A DNA stretch of 64,000 nt, from contig NC_086378.1 of the NCBI RefSeq assembly GCF_036588685.1, positions 33,914,001-33,978,000 on the forward strand, given 5' to 3'. Made by a program: the position numbers and the translations under genes. The notes under the pieces are model-generated. The model had not been told where the DNA came from. It ran no database searches and was given only the letters and a program-made list of their open reading frames with translations. This DNA comes from Mytilus trossulus. Taxonomy: Eukaryota. Shown here one piece after another: positions 1-16,060 of the stretch. Position 1 is the first letter of the stretch. Every line of letters begins with the position of its first letter.

Positions 1-23
1 GAATCTACAGATTTTGTGTGTAA

Positions 24-81
24 AAGTCCGTGCATTTTGTTTTGAAATTTTCTCTCTTTATGTAGGCAAATGCACGGACTT
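24..81. repeat. 14-bp perfect inverted repeat with 30-nt spacer; present in every unit
   Basis: AAGTCCGTGCATTT (24-37) and AAATGCACGGACTT (68-81). Confidence 0.9.
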
Positions 82-182
82 GTTGATCTTTGAACGTATT
101 CATAAACCTTCAGAAATATAAATTCTCAAATAAATACAAGAGTAAGAGTAAGGAAGTTAATTAAAAAGAAAGCCAGATATTT

Positions 183-251
183 AAAAAAAAAAAGGGGGGG
201 GGGGGGGGGGGGGGGGGGGGTAATAGCGAGAGAGAGAGAGAGAGAGAGAGA
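183..251 (+). repeat. A11-G27-(GA)12 homopurine tract in the H2B-H4 spacer
   Basis: Direct reading; shorter form (about G14-15, (GA)5) in units after the first gap. Confidence 0.9.
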
Positions 252-386
252 AAATAGTTGCGGATCAGGATCAGGGAAAACAAGAAAACGGTTGAAAAAT
301 TCATGAACATTAGAGAAAAGAATAGAAGTGGGAGCAAGCTTTGATTTCAAGATTTTGTTTAAAACGATGTACAACAAATCTAAGAT

Positions 387-422
387 TCTTTTTGAAAAAT
401 GTTGGTGGCCCTGAAAAGGGCC
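387..422 (-). terminator. H4 3' histone stem-loop (SLBP site) plus purine-rich HDE; repeated in every unit
   Basis: GGCCCTTTTCAGGGCC (407-422) then ACCA and AAAAAGA (387-393) on the sense strand. Confidence 0.95.
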
Positions 423-448
423 GTTGTTGATATTAGCTGGGTGGCTGT

Positions 449-945
<497 letters not shown>

Positions 946-2358
946 CTTTTTCATTCTAGGTCTGAAAAATATAATAATTCATATCAGACAGTAAATTTTT
1001 AAGAAAAAACTATAATTGAACAGAAAAAAACTTTCAATCGGAATAAAAATGACTGCAGGAGACAAAAAAAGTTCCAAAATGTTGAAAAGTTTTCATTTTA
1101 AGATAGAAAAGTATGATAAATAAATGATAAATGAAAATCACTTTAGACAGTCAAAATTATAAAGATAATTATTTGCTTTCTCTGAACAGACATTTTTATT
1201 CAATGTCAATACACATTTCAACTTAATGGAATGGAATTTAGTTGGGGAAAAAATAAACCTCACAGACATATCTAGGAATACTGGTTATCTATTTGTCTAT
1301 TTCATGTACCCAGAAATTGGATACATCACAGGATTTTACATGCTTGCAGTTTTCTACCTGTCTTTCATAACTCAACATCATCTGTCAAAGCTGTGCTTGC
1401 CATCCATCAAAGATCTGCTGCAGGTACTTCAGATCATAAATGAGAGAATGTATGAATAAAACTGTTATTGTTATTACTATTAAAGAATATTTTTTTTAGG
1501 TATTACAGTGAAGAAAAGAGATGCCCCTGACTGCGGGTAAAACTTCTTATGTGTGCATCTTCCTTTCAATTTTATTTTTAAACGCCATTCTATATTTATC
1601 CACAGTATGACGATGACAATTTCATCAGCCAATCCAATAAAAATGTTAATGCGCACACATGTACTTACTATTCTGAAGACATCTTTTAGCCAGAAAAGTT
1701 TATAATAAGTCTGAAAACTACTTTTTATCATATAAAAAAGCTTATAAGTGCAAGATATATGCTTACATGGACTTCCTACAGTGAAATTTTGTGGGGACTA
1801 CTTGGACCCGTACCGAAATTATATTAATTTAAATAGAAATTTCATGATTTTGTAAACTAGCAGCAAGACAAGACTCTAAAGTGGACAAAATATATTACTA
1901 CATACATGATAAAAAAATTCTTTACAATTCTGACTGAAAAAGAGCTCTAAATTTTTGATAAAAGTACCCTGTAATATCAGCTTTTCTAAAAGAAATATAC
2001 AAATTAATGATTTATACAAGATATTTAAACTCTAACTTAAAAAAAAAGGTTATATTTTGGCCAGTTGGTGGTTCTCTTTCTTTGGTCTAGACTACTGGTG
2101 TAAATAATACATCAAAAGAAGACAAGAAAAAACAAGCGAAGAAAAGAAAAGAACAGAAGTACAGATAGAAACATTCATATGTTGATCTTTTTTTATATAA
2201 TGTACTATTTAATATTCTACACACAAGGACATACATGTACCATGATAAACAAACACCCCCCTTTTTTTTGTGATGAGACTTGCGTGTATATATATATCAT
2301 AAAATTTATTTTTTGTCTATGTATTGCTTTGCATATAGATGGATTCAACAAGAAGAAA

Positions 2359-2363
<5 letters not shown>

Positions 2364-2393
<30 letters not shown>
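2364..2393 (+). repeat. (GA)15 microsatellite downstream of H3
   Basis: Direct reading; about (GA)7 in later units. Confidence 0.9.
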
Positions 2394-2396
<3 letters not shown>

Positions 2397-2450
2397 GGAA
2401 AAGAGGGGTTCAGCTATGTTTCTAATTTTCATGTACAACAATTTATAGAT

Positions 2451-2486
2451 TCTTTTTGAAAAATATTGGTGGCCCTGAAAAGGGCC
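2451..2486 (-). terminator. H3 3' histone stem-loop plus HDE; repeated in every unit
   Basis: GGCCCTTTTCAGGGCC (2471-2486) ACCA...AAAAAGA. Confidence 0.95.
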
Positions 2487-2515
2487 GTTATGTTTTGGTG
2501 AAAAAATCACACTTC

Positions 2516-3125
<610 letters not shown>

Positions 3126-4140
3126 TTTACTGAAAAACTGCTCAACCCAAGCTGACAGTAAAAATGCCCCCTTTTTTCATTCAAAATTACAGTTTCTGAT
3201 CATCATCCCTCATTGCTCAACAATAGTAAATTAGTGTCACGGTTTCAATATGATAAATCTGAAGAAGAAAAAAATAATAATGAAAAAAGGTCAAAATACA
3301 TGCAGAAACATTAAGGAAAGGAAAGAAAAATAAAACAGGAAAAAATAAAAATAAAATGCAGTTTGAACACTAACAAAGCGAAATAAGAAATGCAAAAACA
3401 GAAACAAATGGAATTACACATTCCCGACATGACATTGTACGGATCGGCTGAGTTTCTCTATTGTTGTATTATGTCATATTTATGTATATTTAATATAAAA
3501 AAAGAAGATGTGGTATGATTTTCATTTGGGCTGGGCACATTTGTCACATTGTCTGATTGTCGGTGTGCTTACATCGATTCCACATCTTTAATACACAAAC
3601 AATAAATAAATAAAGACAGAAAGACAGAGAGAGATGCCGAAAAAAAATGGAAAAAGGAAAAGAATGGAAAGTACATATCATATATAAAAGTGTTGACGAA
3701 AGAGATACTGTTAACAAAAACTATAAATAATTATAATAATTAAAAAACACACACCTTCTCATATGAATCTAAGCATGCTCGCATCAATAACCAAGAGAGA
3801 GAAAGAAGAGAGCAGACTAGTATTAAATATAAATGCTATCAGTGGTTTTTTTTTTCCCCCGACAAACTTTTTATGATTTAACTGAGCTACTAGTGGGTTC
3901 AGAGTCAGAAATTACGACAATAAATGTTCTCATGAAGAAGACTGAAAAAGTTACTAGACTTAGTGTTATGCTATAAGAACTGTACTTAAATGGGATGCGT
4001 TAGAGAGAGAAGAAAAGAAGAATGACGGAAGAAGGGACATTTATATTTTAGACATTTTTTATTTGTTATGTAGTAGAATATATTTTTTTTAATTATGTAT
4101 GGGGAATAAAGTATTACTAAGATGTACAACAATTTTAGAC

Positions 4141-4176
4141 TCTTTTTGAAAAATATTGGTGGCCCTGAAAAGGGCC
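4141..4176 (-). terminator. H2A 3' histone stem-loop plus HDE; repeated in every unit
   Basis: GGCCCTTTTCAGGGCC (4161-4176) ACCA...AAAAAGAG. Confidence 0.95.
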
Positions 4177-4209
4177 GTTGTTAAGTGAGTAATCTGATAT
4201 ATCCACTTT

Positions 4210-4863
<654 letters not shown>

Positions 4864-5238
4864 ATGCCACCCAAAGTAGGAACTAAAGGAGCCAAGAAGG
4901 CCGTCACCAAGGCAAAGACTGCCAGACCCGGCGGTGACAAGAAAAGGAGGAGGAAGAGACGTGAATCCTATGCTATCTACATCTACAAAGTCTTGAGACA
5001 AGTTCACCCCGACACCGGAGTGTCCTCAAAGGCAATGTCCATCATGAACAGCTTCGTCAACGATATCTTCGAGAGAATCGCAGCAGAGGCTTCCCGATTG
5101 GCACACTACAACAAAAGATCTACCATCACATCTCGGGAGATCCAGACCGCTGTCCGTCTTCTCTTACCCGGAGAATTGGCCAAGCACGCTGTCAGTGAAG
5201 GTACCAAAGCCGTCACTAAATACACCAGCAGCAAGTAA
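4864..5238 (+). CDS. H2B: Histone H2B
   Basis: ATG at 4864 (ORF track extends upstream to a TTG); 124 aa [12 protein letters not shown]...AVTKYTSSK. Confidence 0.99.
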   Translation: MPPKVGTKGAKKAVTKAKTARPGGDKKRRRKRRESYAIYIYKVLRQVHPDTGVSSKAMSIMNSFVNDIFERIAAEASRLAHYNKRSTITSREIQTAVRLLLPGELAKHAVSEGTKAVTKYTSSK

Positions 5239-5266
5239 ACAGTCTGAAGTTTATAACTTCACAAAC

Positions 5267-5302
5267 GGCCCTTTTCAGGGCCACCAACATTTTTCAAAAA
5301 GA
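5267..5302 (+). terminator. H2B 3' histone stem-loop plus HDE; repeated in every unit
   Basis: GGCCCTTTTCAGGGCC (5267-5282) ACCA...AAAAAGA. Confidence 0.95.
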
Positions 5303-5855
5303 ATTTACAATTGTTGTACATCATGTCAAACTTCTAAACAAAGCTATAAATCCCAACCCCCAGCTATAACTACTTTCAAACTATTTCAATAGTATATGGT
5401 TACTTTTCTCTTCTTTCTATCTGTATAACAAATATGTGTATTTCACTCATTCTGTAGTATTTAATTTGTCAAAACTACAAAGCGTAAATACATAAATCAT
5501 GAAGAACAAAACAGTGCTTTCATTCCAATTAATAGAGTTGATAAATTTACGATTTCTTTTGCTTTTCGAGAGAGAAAAAAATATTGCGAGAATTATTTTA
5601 CACGGAAACAAGAACATTACCTAATCTTAAACCACGCAAAAACTCTATAATTGAATATAACAGAATCTACAGATTTTGTGTGTAAAAGTCCGTGCATTTT
5701 GTTTTGAAATTTTCTCTCTTTATGTAGGCAAATGCACGGACTTGTTGATCTTTGAACGTATTCATAAACCTTCAGAAATATAAATTCTCAAATAAATACA
5801 AGAGTAAGAGTAAGGAAGTTAATTAAAAAGAAAGCCAGATATTTAAAAAAAAAAA

Positions 5856-5886
<31 letters not shown>

Positions 5887-6113
5887 AATAGCGAGAGAGA
5901 GAGAGAGAGAGAGAGAAAATAGTTGCGGATCAGGATCAGGGAAAACAAGAAAACGGTTGAAAAATTCATGAACATTAGAGAAAAGAATAGAAGTGGGAGC
6001 AAGCTTTGATTTCAAGATTTTGTTTAAAACGATGTACAACAAATCTAAGATTCTTTTTGAAAAATGTTGGTGGCCCTGAAAAGGGCCGTTGTTGATATTA
6101 GCTGGGTGGCTGT

Positions 6114-6431
<318 letters not shown>

Positions 6432-7658
6432 CTATTTGTGGTGATTAGTTAAATAATACTTTCCGTCTAACAGCGACTCTTTATATATCACCAACGCGGC
6501 CGTAAAAGAAGTATCACACATTTTCAGTTAACTGTTGTCTGATTGGCTTACGTTGTTTTATTCCGGGAGGTAACTCTGTACTGCCTTAAACTGTGTACAC
6601 TTTCAATCCACTTTTTCATTCTAGGTCTGAAAAATATAATAATTCATATCAGACAGTAAATTTTTAAGAAAAAACTATAATTGAACAGAAAAAAACTTTC
6701 AATCGGAATAAAAATGACTGCAGGAGACAAAAAAAGTTCCAAAATGTTGAAAAGTTTTCATTTTAAGATAGAAAAGTATGATAAATAAATGATAAATGAA
6801 AATCACTTTAGACAGTCAAAATTATAAAGATAATTATTTGCTTTCTCTGAACAGACATTTTTATTCAATGTCAATACACATTTCAACTTAATGGAATGGA
6901 ATTTAGTTGGGGAAAAAATAAACCTCACAGACATATCTAGGAATACTGGTTATCTATTTGTCTATTTCATGTACCCAGAAATTGGATACATCACAGGATT
7001 TTACATGCTTGCAGTTTTCTACCTGTCTTTCATAACTCAACATCATCTGTCAAAGCTGTGCTTGCCATCCATCAAAGATCTGCTGCAGGTACTTCAGATC
7101 ATAAATGAGAGAATGTATGAATAAAACTGTTATTGTTATTACTATTAAAGAATATTTTTTTTAGGTATTACAGTGAAGAAAAGAGATGCCCCTGACTGCG
7201 GGTAAAACTTCTTATGTGTGCATCTTCCTTTCAATTTTATTTTTAAACGCCATTCTATATTTATCCACAGTATGACGATGACAATTTCATCAGCCAATCC
7301 AATAAAAATGTTAATGCGCACACATGTACTTACTATTCTGAAGACATCTTTTAGCCAGAAAAGTTTATAATAAGTCTGAAAACTACTTTTTATCATATAA
7401 AAAAGCTTATAAGTGCAAGATATATGCTTACATGGACTTCCTACAGTGAAATTTTGTGGGGACTACTTGGACCCGTACCGAAATTATATTAATTTAAATA
7501 GAAATTTCATGATTTTGTAAACTAGCAGCAAGACAAGACTCTAAAGTGGACAAAATATATTACTACATACATGATAAAAAAATTCTTTACAATTCTGACT
7601 GAAAAAGAGCTCTAAATTTTTGATAAAAGTACCCTGTAATATCAGCTTTTCTAAAAGA

Positions 7659-7758
7659 NNNNNNNNNNNNNNNNNNNNNNNNNNNNNNNNNNNNNNNNNN
7701 NNNNNNNNNNNNNNNNNNNNNNNNNNNNNNNNNNNNNNNNNNNNNNNNNNNNNNNNNN
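7659..7758. other. Assembly gap (100 N)
   Basis: Run of N; separates unit variant A from variant B. Confidence 0.99.
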
Positions 7759-8092
7759 ATAGAAACATTTATATGTTGATCTTTTTTATATAATGTACTA
7801 TTTAATATTCTACACACAAGGACATACATGTACCATGATAAACAAACACCCCCCTTTTTTTTGTGATGAGACTTGTGTGTATATATATATCATAAAATTT
7901 ATTTTTTGTCTATGTATTGCTTTGCATATAGATGGATTCAACAAGAAGAAATAAAAGAGAGAGAGAGAGATGGGGAAAAGAGGGGTTCGGCTATGTTTCT
8001 AATTTTCATGTACAACAATTTATAGATTCTTTTTGAAAAATATTGGTGGCCCTGAAAAGGGCCGTTATGTTTTGGTGAAAAAATCACACTTC

Positions 8093-8650
<558 letters not shown>

Positions 8651-9790
8651 TTAAATCTGATTGGACTGATTTGTAAGGGACTTTGACAGTTTTCAATCCA
8701 TTTTTTACTGAAAAACTGCTCAACCCAAGCTGACAGTAAAAATGCCCCCTTTTTTCATTCATAATTACAGTTTCTGATCATCCCTCATAGCTCAACAATA
8801 GTAAATTAGTGTCACGGTTTCAATATGATAAATCTGAAGAAGAAAAATAATAATAATGAAAAAAGGTCAAAATACATGCAGAAACATTAAGGAAAGGAAC
8901 GAAAAATAAAAACAGGAAAAAATAAAAATAAAATGCAGTTATAACACAAACAAAGCGAAATAAAAATAAAAAACAGAAACAAATGGAATTACACATTCCC
9001 GACATGACATTGTGCGGATCGGCTGAGTTTCTTTATTGTTGTATTATGTCATATTTATGTATATTTAATATAAAAAAAGAAGATGTGGTATGATTTTCAT
9101 TTGGGCTGGGCACATTTGTCACATTGTCTGATTGTCGGTGTGCTTACATCAATTCCACATCTTTAATACACAAACAATAACTAAATAAAGACAGAAAGAC
9201 AGAGAGAGAGATGCTGAAAAAAATGGAAAAAGGAAAAGAATGGAAAGTACATATCATATATAAAAGTGTTGACGAAAGAGATAATGTTAACAAAAACTAT
9301 AAATAATTATAATAATAAAAAAAAACCACACACCTTCTCAGATGAATCTAAGCATGCTCGCATCAATAACCAAGAGAGAGAAAGAAGAGAGCAGACTAGT
9401 ATTAAATATAAATACTATCAGTGGTTTTTTTTTCCCCCCGACAAACATTATATGATTTAACTGAGCTACTTGTGGGTTCAAAGAGTCAGAAAGTACGACA
9501 ATAAATGTTCTGATGAAGAAGACTGAAAAAGTTACTAGACTTAGTGTTATGCTATAAGAACTGTACTTAAATGGGATGCGTTAGAGAGAGAAGAAAAGAA
9601 GAATCACGGAAGAAGGGACATTTATATTTTAGACATTTTTTATTTGTTATGTAGTAGAATATATTTTTTTCAATTATGTATGGGGAATAAAGTATTACTA
9701 AGATGTACAACAATTTTAGACTCTTTTTGAAAAATATTGGTGGCCCTGAAAAGGGCCGTTGTTAAGTGAGTAATCCGATATATCCACTTT

Positions 9791-10174
<384 letters not shown>

Positions 10175-10444
10175 CTATTTGGTTGATCGACACTGAGTAA
10201 AGTGATACAATTTTTCTTCAAAATTTAGCTTATATACCCACTAAACGGATTGAACGATGTTTTTATTATACACCAATCAGAACGAAGCTCTCTGCGAGCA
10301 GTTAGGCTACCGAACATTCAACATGTTATGGGTGCTCTCTCCGAGGTTCGCGTTTAATAAAATCTTTCAATCCGTTTTGCCCAGTATATAAACAAATTGA
10401 AAATAATTTTTCACCATTACTTATTTGATTATCAAACCAGTAAC

Positions 10445-10819
10445 ATGCCACCCAAAGTAGGAACTAAAGGAGCCAAGAAGGCCGTCACCAAGGCAAAGAC
10501 TGCCAGACCCGGCGGTGATAAGAAAAGGAGGAGGAAGAGACGTGAATCCTATGCTATCTACATCTACAAAGTCTTGAGACAAGTTCACCCCGACACCGGA
10601 GTGTCCTCAAAGGCAATGTCCATCATGAACAGCTTCGTCAACGATATCTTCGAGAGAATCGCAGCAGAGGCTTCCCGATTGGCACACTACAACAAAAGAT
10701 CTACCATCACATCCCGGGAGATCCAGACCGCTGTCCGTCTTCTCTTACCCGGAGAATTGGCCAAGCACGCTGTCAGTGAAGGTACCAAAGCCGTCACTAA
10801 ATACACCAGCAGCAAGTAA
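10445..10819 (+). CDS. H2B: Histone H2B
   Basis: Identical 124-aa H2B. Confidence 0.99.
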   Translation: MPPKVGTKGAKKAVTKAKTARPGGDKKRRRKRRESYAIYIYKVLRQVHPDTGVSSKAMSIMNSFVNDIFERIAAEASRLAHYNKRSTITSREIQTAVRLLLPGELAKHAVSEGTKAVTKYTSSK

Positions 10820-11671
10820 ACAGTCTGAAGTTTATAACTTCACAAACGGCCCTTTTCAGGGCCACCAACATTTTTCAAAAAGAATTTACATTTGTTGTAC
10901 ATCAATGTCAAACTTCTAAACAAAGCTATAAATCCCAACCCCAGCTATAACCACTTTCAAACTATTTCAATAGTATATGGTTACTTTTCTCTTCTTTCTA
11001 TCTGTATAACAAATATACGTGTATTTCACTCATTCTGTAGCATTTAATTTGTCTGTCAAAACTACAAAGCGTAAATACATAAATCATGAAGAACAAAACA
11101 GTGCTTTCATTCCAATTAATAGAGTTGATAAATTTACGATTTCTTTTGCTTTTCGAGAGAAAAAAAATATTGCGAGAATTATTTTACACGGAAACAAGAA
11201 CATTACCTAATCTTAAACCACGCAAAAAAAAACCTCTATAATTGAATATAACAGAATCTACAGATTTTGTGTGTAAAAGTCCGTGCATTTTGTTTTGAAA
11301 TTTTCTCTCTTCATGTAGGCAAATGCACGGACTTGATCTTTGAACGTATTCATAAACCTTCAGAAATATAAATTCTCAAATAAATACAAGAGTAAGAGTA
11401 AGGAAGTTAATTAAAAAGAAAGCCAGATATTTAAAAAAAAAAAGGGGGGGGGGGGGGTATAACGAGAGAGAGAAAATAGTTGCGGATCAGGATCAGGGAA
11501 AACAAGAAAAACGGTTGAAAAATTCATGAACATTAGAGAAAAGAATAGAAGTGGGAGCAAGCTTTGATTTCAAGATTTTGTTTAAAACGATGTACAACAA
11601 ATCTAAGATTCTTTTTGAAAAATGTTGGTGGCCCTGAAAAGGGCCGTTGTTGATATTAGCTGGGTGGCTGT

Positions 11672-11989
<318 letters not shown>

Positions 11990-13709
11990 CTATTTGTGGT
12001 GATTAGTTAAATAATACTTTCCGTCTAACAGCGACTCTTTATATATCACCAACGCGGCCGTAAAAGAAGTATCACACATTTTCAGTTAACTGTTGTCTGA
12101 TTGGCTTACGTTGTTTTATTCCGGGAGGTAACTCTGTACTGCCTTAAACTGTGTACACTTTCAATCCACTTTTTCATTCTAGGTCTGAAAAATATAATAA
12201 TTCATATCAGACAGTAAATTTTTAAGAAAAAACTATTATTTCAATCGGAATAAAAATGACTGAAGGAGACAAAAAAAGTTCCAAAATGTTGAAAAGTTTT
12301 CATTTTAAGATAGAATAGTATGATAAATAAATGATAAATGAAAATCACTTTAGACAGTCAAAATTATAAAGATAATTATTTGCTTTCTCTGAACAGACAT
12401 TTTCATTCAATGACAATACACATTTCAACTTAATGGAATGGAATTTAGTTGGGGGAAAAAATAAACCTCACAGACATATCTAGGAATACTGGTTATCTAT
12501 TTGTCTATTTGATGTATCCAGAAATTGGATACATCACAGGATTTTACATGCTTGCAGTTTTCTACCTGTCTTTCATAACTCAACATCATCTGTCAAAGCT
12601 GTGCTTGCCATCCATCAACGATCTGCTGCAGGTACTTCAGATCATAAATGGGAGAATGTATGAATAAAACTGTTACTGTTATTACTATTAAAAGATTTTT
12701 TTTTCTAGGTATTACAGTGAAGAAAAGAGATGCCCCTGACTGCGGGTAAAACTTCTTATGTGTGCATCTTCCTTTCAATTTTATTTTTAAACGCCATTCT
12801 ATATTTATCCACAGTATGACGATGACAATTTCATCAGCCAATCCAATAAAAATGTTAATGCGCACACATGTACTTACTATTCTGAAGACTTCTTTTAGCC
12901 AGAAAAGTTTATAATAAGTCTGAAAACCACTTTTTATCATATAAAAAAGCTTATAAGTGCAAGATATATGCTTACATGGACTTCCTACATTGAAATTTTG
13001 TGGGGACTACTTGGACCCGTACCGAAATTATATTAATTTAAAATAGAAATTTCATGATTTTGTTAACTAGCAGCAAGACAAGACTCTAAAGTGGACAAAA
13101 TATATTACTACATACATGATAAAAAAATTCTTTACAATTCTGACTGAAAAAGAGCTCTAAATTTTTGATAAAAGTACCCTGTAATATCAGCTTTTCTAAA
13201 AGAAATATTCAAATTAATGAATTATACAAGATATTTAAACTCTAACTTAAAAAAAAAGGTTATATTTTGGCCAGTTGGTGGTTCTCTTTCTTTGGTCTAG
13301 ACTACTGGTGTAAATAATACATCAAAAGAAGACAAGACAAAACAAGCGAAGAAAAGAAAAGAACAGAAGTACAGATAGAAACATTTATATGTTGATCTTT
13401 TTTTATATAATGTACTATTTAATATTCTACACACAAGGACATACATGTACCATGATAAACAAACACCCCCCTTTTTTTTGTGATGAGACTTGTGTGTATA
13501 TATATATCATAAAATTTATTTTTTGTCTATGTATTGCTTTGCATATAGATGGATTCAACAAGAAGAAATAAAAGAGAGAGAGAGAGATGGGGAAAAGAGG
13601 GGTTCGGCTATGTTTCTAATTTTCATGTACAACAATTTATAGATTCTTTTTGAAAAATATTGGTGGCCCTGAAAAGGGCCGTTATGTTTTGGTGAAAAAA
13701 TCACACTTC

Positions 13710-14225
<516 letters not shown>

Positions 14226-15406
14226 TCACCACTTACATAAAGCTGGCGTTGATTGGTCCGCATATCTTAAATCTGATTGGACTGATTTGTAAGGGACTTT
14301 GACAGTTTTCAATCCATTTTTTACTGAAAAACTGCTCAACCCAAGCTGACAGTAAAAATGCCCCCTTTTTTCATTCATAATTACAGTTTCTGATCATCCC
14401 TCATAGCTCAACAATAGTAAATTAGTGTCACGGTTTCAATATGATAAATCTGAAGAAGAAAAATAATAATAATGAAAAAAGGTCAAAATACATGCAGAAA
14501 CATTAAGGAAAGGAACGAAAAATAAAAACAGGAAAAAATAAAAATAAAATGCAGTTATAACACAAACAAAGCGAAATAAAAATAAAAAAACAGAAACAAA
14601 TGGAATTACACATTCCCGACATGACATTGTGCGGATCGGCTGAGTTTCTTTATTGTTGTATTATGTCATATTTATGTATATTTAATATAAAAAAAGAAGA
14701 TGTGGTATGATTTTCATTTGGGCTGGGCACATTTGTCACATTGTCTGATTGTCGGTGTGCTTACATCAATTCCACATCTTTAATACACAAACAATAACTA
14801 AATAAAGACAGAAAGACAGAGAGAGAGATGCTGAAAAAAATGGAAAAAGGAAAAGAATGGAAAGTACATATCATATATAAAAGTGTTGACGAAAGAGATA
14901 ATGTTAACAAAAACTATAAATAATTATAATAATAAAAAAAAACCACACACCTTCTCAGATGAATCTAAGCATGCTCGCATCAATAACCAAGAGAGAGAAA
15001 GAAGAGAGCAGACTAGTATTAAATATAAATACTATCAGTGGTTTTTTTTCCCCCCGACAAACATTATATGATTTAACTGAGCTACTTGTGGGTTCAAAGA
15101 GTCAGAAAGTACGACAATAAATGTTCTGATGAAGAAGACTGAAAAAGTTACTAGACTTAGTGTTATGCTATAAGAACTGTACTTAAATGGGATGCGTTAG
15201 AGAGAGAAGAAAAGAAGAATCACGGAAGAAGGGACATTTATATTTTAGACATTTTTTATTTGTTATGTAGTAGAATATATTTTTTTCAATTATGTATGGG
15301 GAATAAAGTATTACTAAGATGTACAACAATTTTAGACTCTTTTTGAAAAATATTGGTGGCCCTGAAAAGGGCCGTTGTTAAGTGAGTAATCCGATATATC
15401 CACTTT

Positions 15407-15790
<384 letters not shown>

Positions 15791-16060
15791 CTATTTGGTT
15801 GATCGACACTGAGTAAAGTGATACAATTTTTCTTCAAAATTTAGCTTATATACCCACTAAACGGATTGAACGATGTTTTTATTATACACCAATCAGAACG
15901 AAGCTCTCTGCGAGCAGTTAGGCTACCGAACATTCAACATGTTATGGGTGCTCTCTCCGAGGTTCGCGTTTAATAAAATCTTTCAATCCGTTTTGCCCAG
16001 TATATAAACAAATTGAAAATAATTTTTCACCATTACTTATTTGATTATCAAACCAGTAAC

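Noticed and set aside
126-377. Pro- and Ser-Leu-repeat ORFs in the H4-H2B spacer
   Set aside because: Translations of poly-C and (CT)n tracts whose frame varies among copies.
1226-1459. 77-aa ORF MEWNLVGEKINL... as a novel fifth gene
   Set aside because: No promoter, stem-loop or recognisable domain, and broken in some copies. Better explained as the antisense of the putative transposase relic or as chance.
11046-11056. AATTTGTCTG resembling the U7 snRNA Sm site
   Set aside because: No upstream HDE-complementary sequence or downstream hairpin, and absent from variant A.
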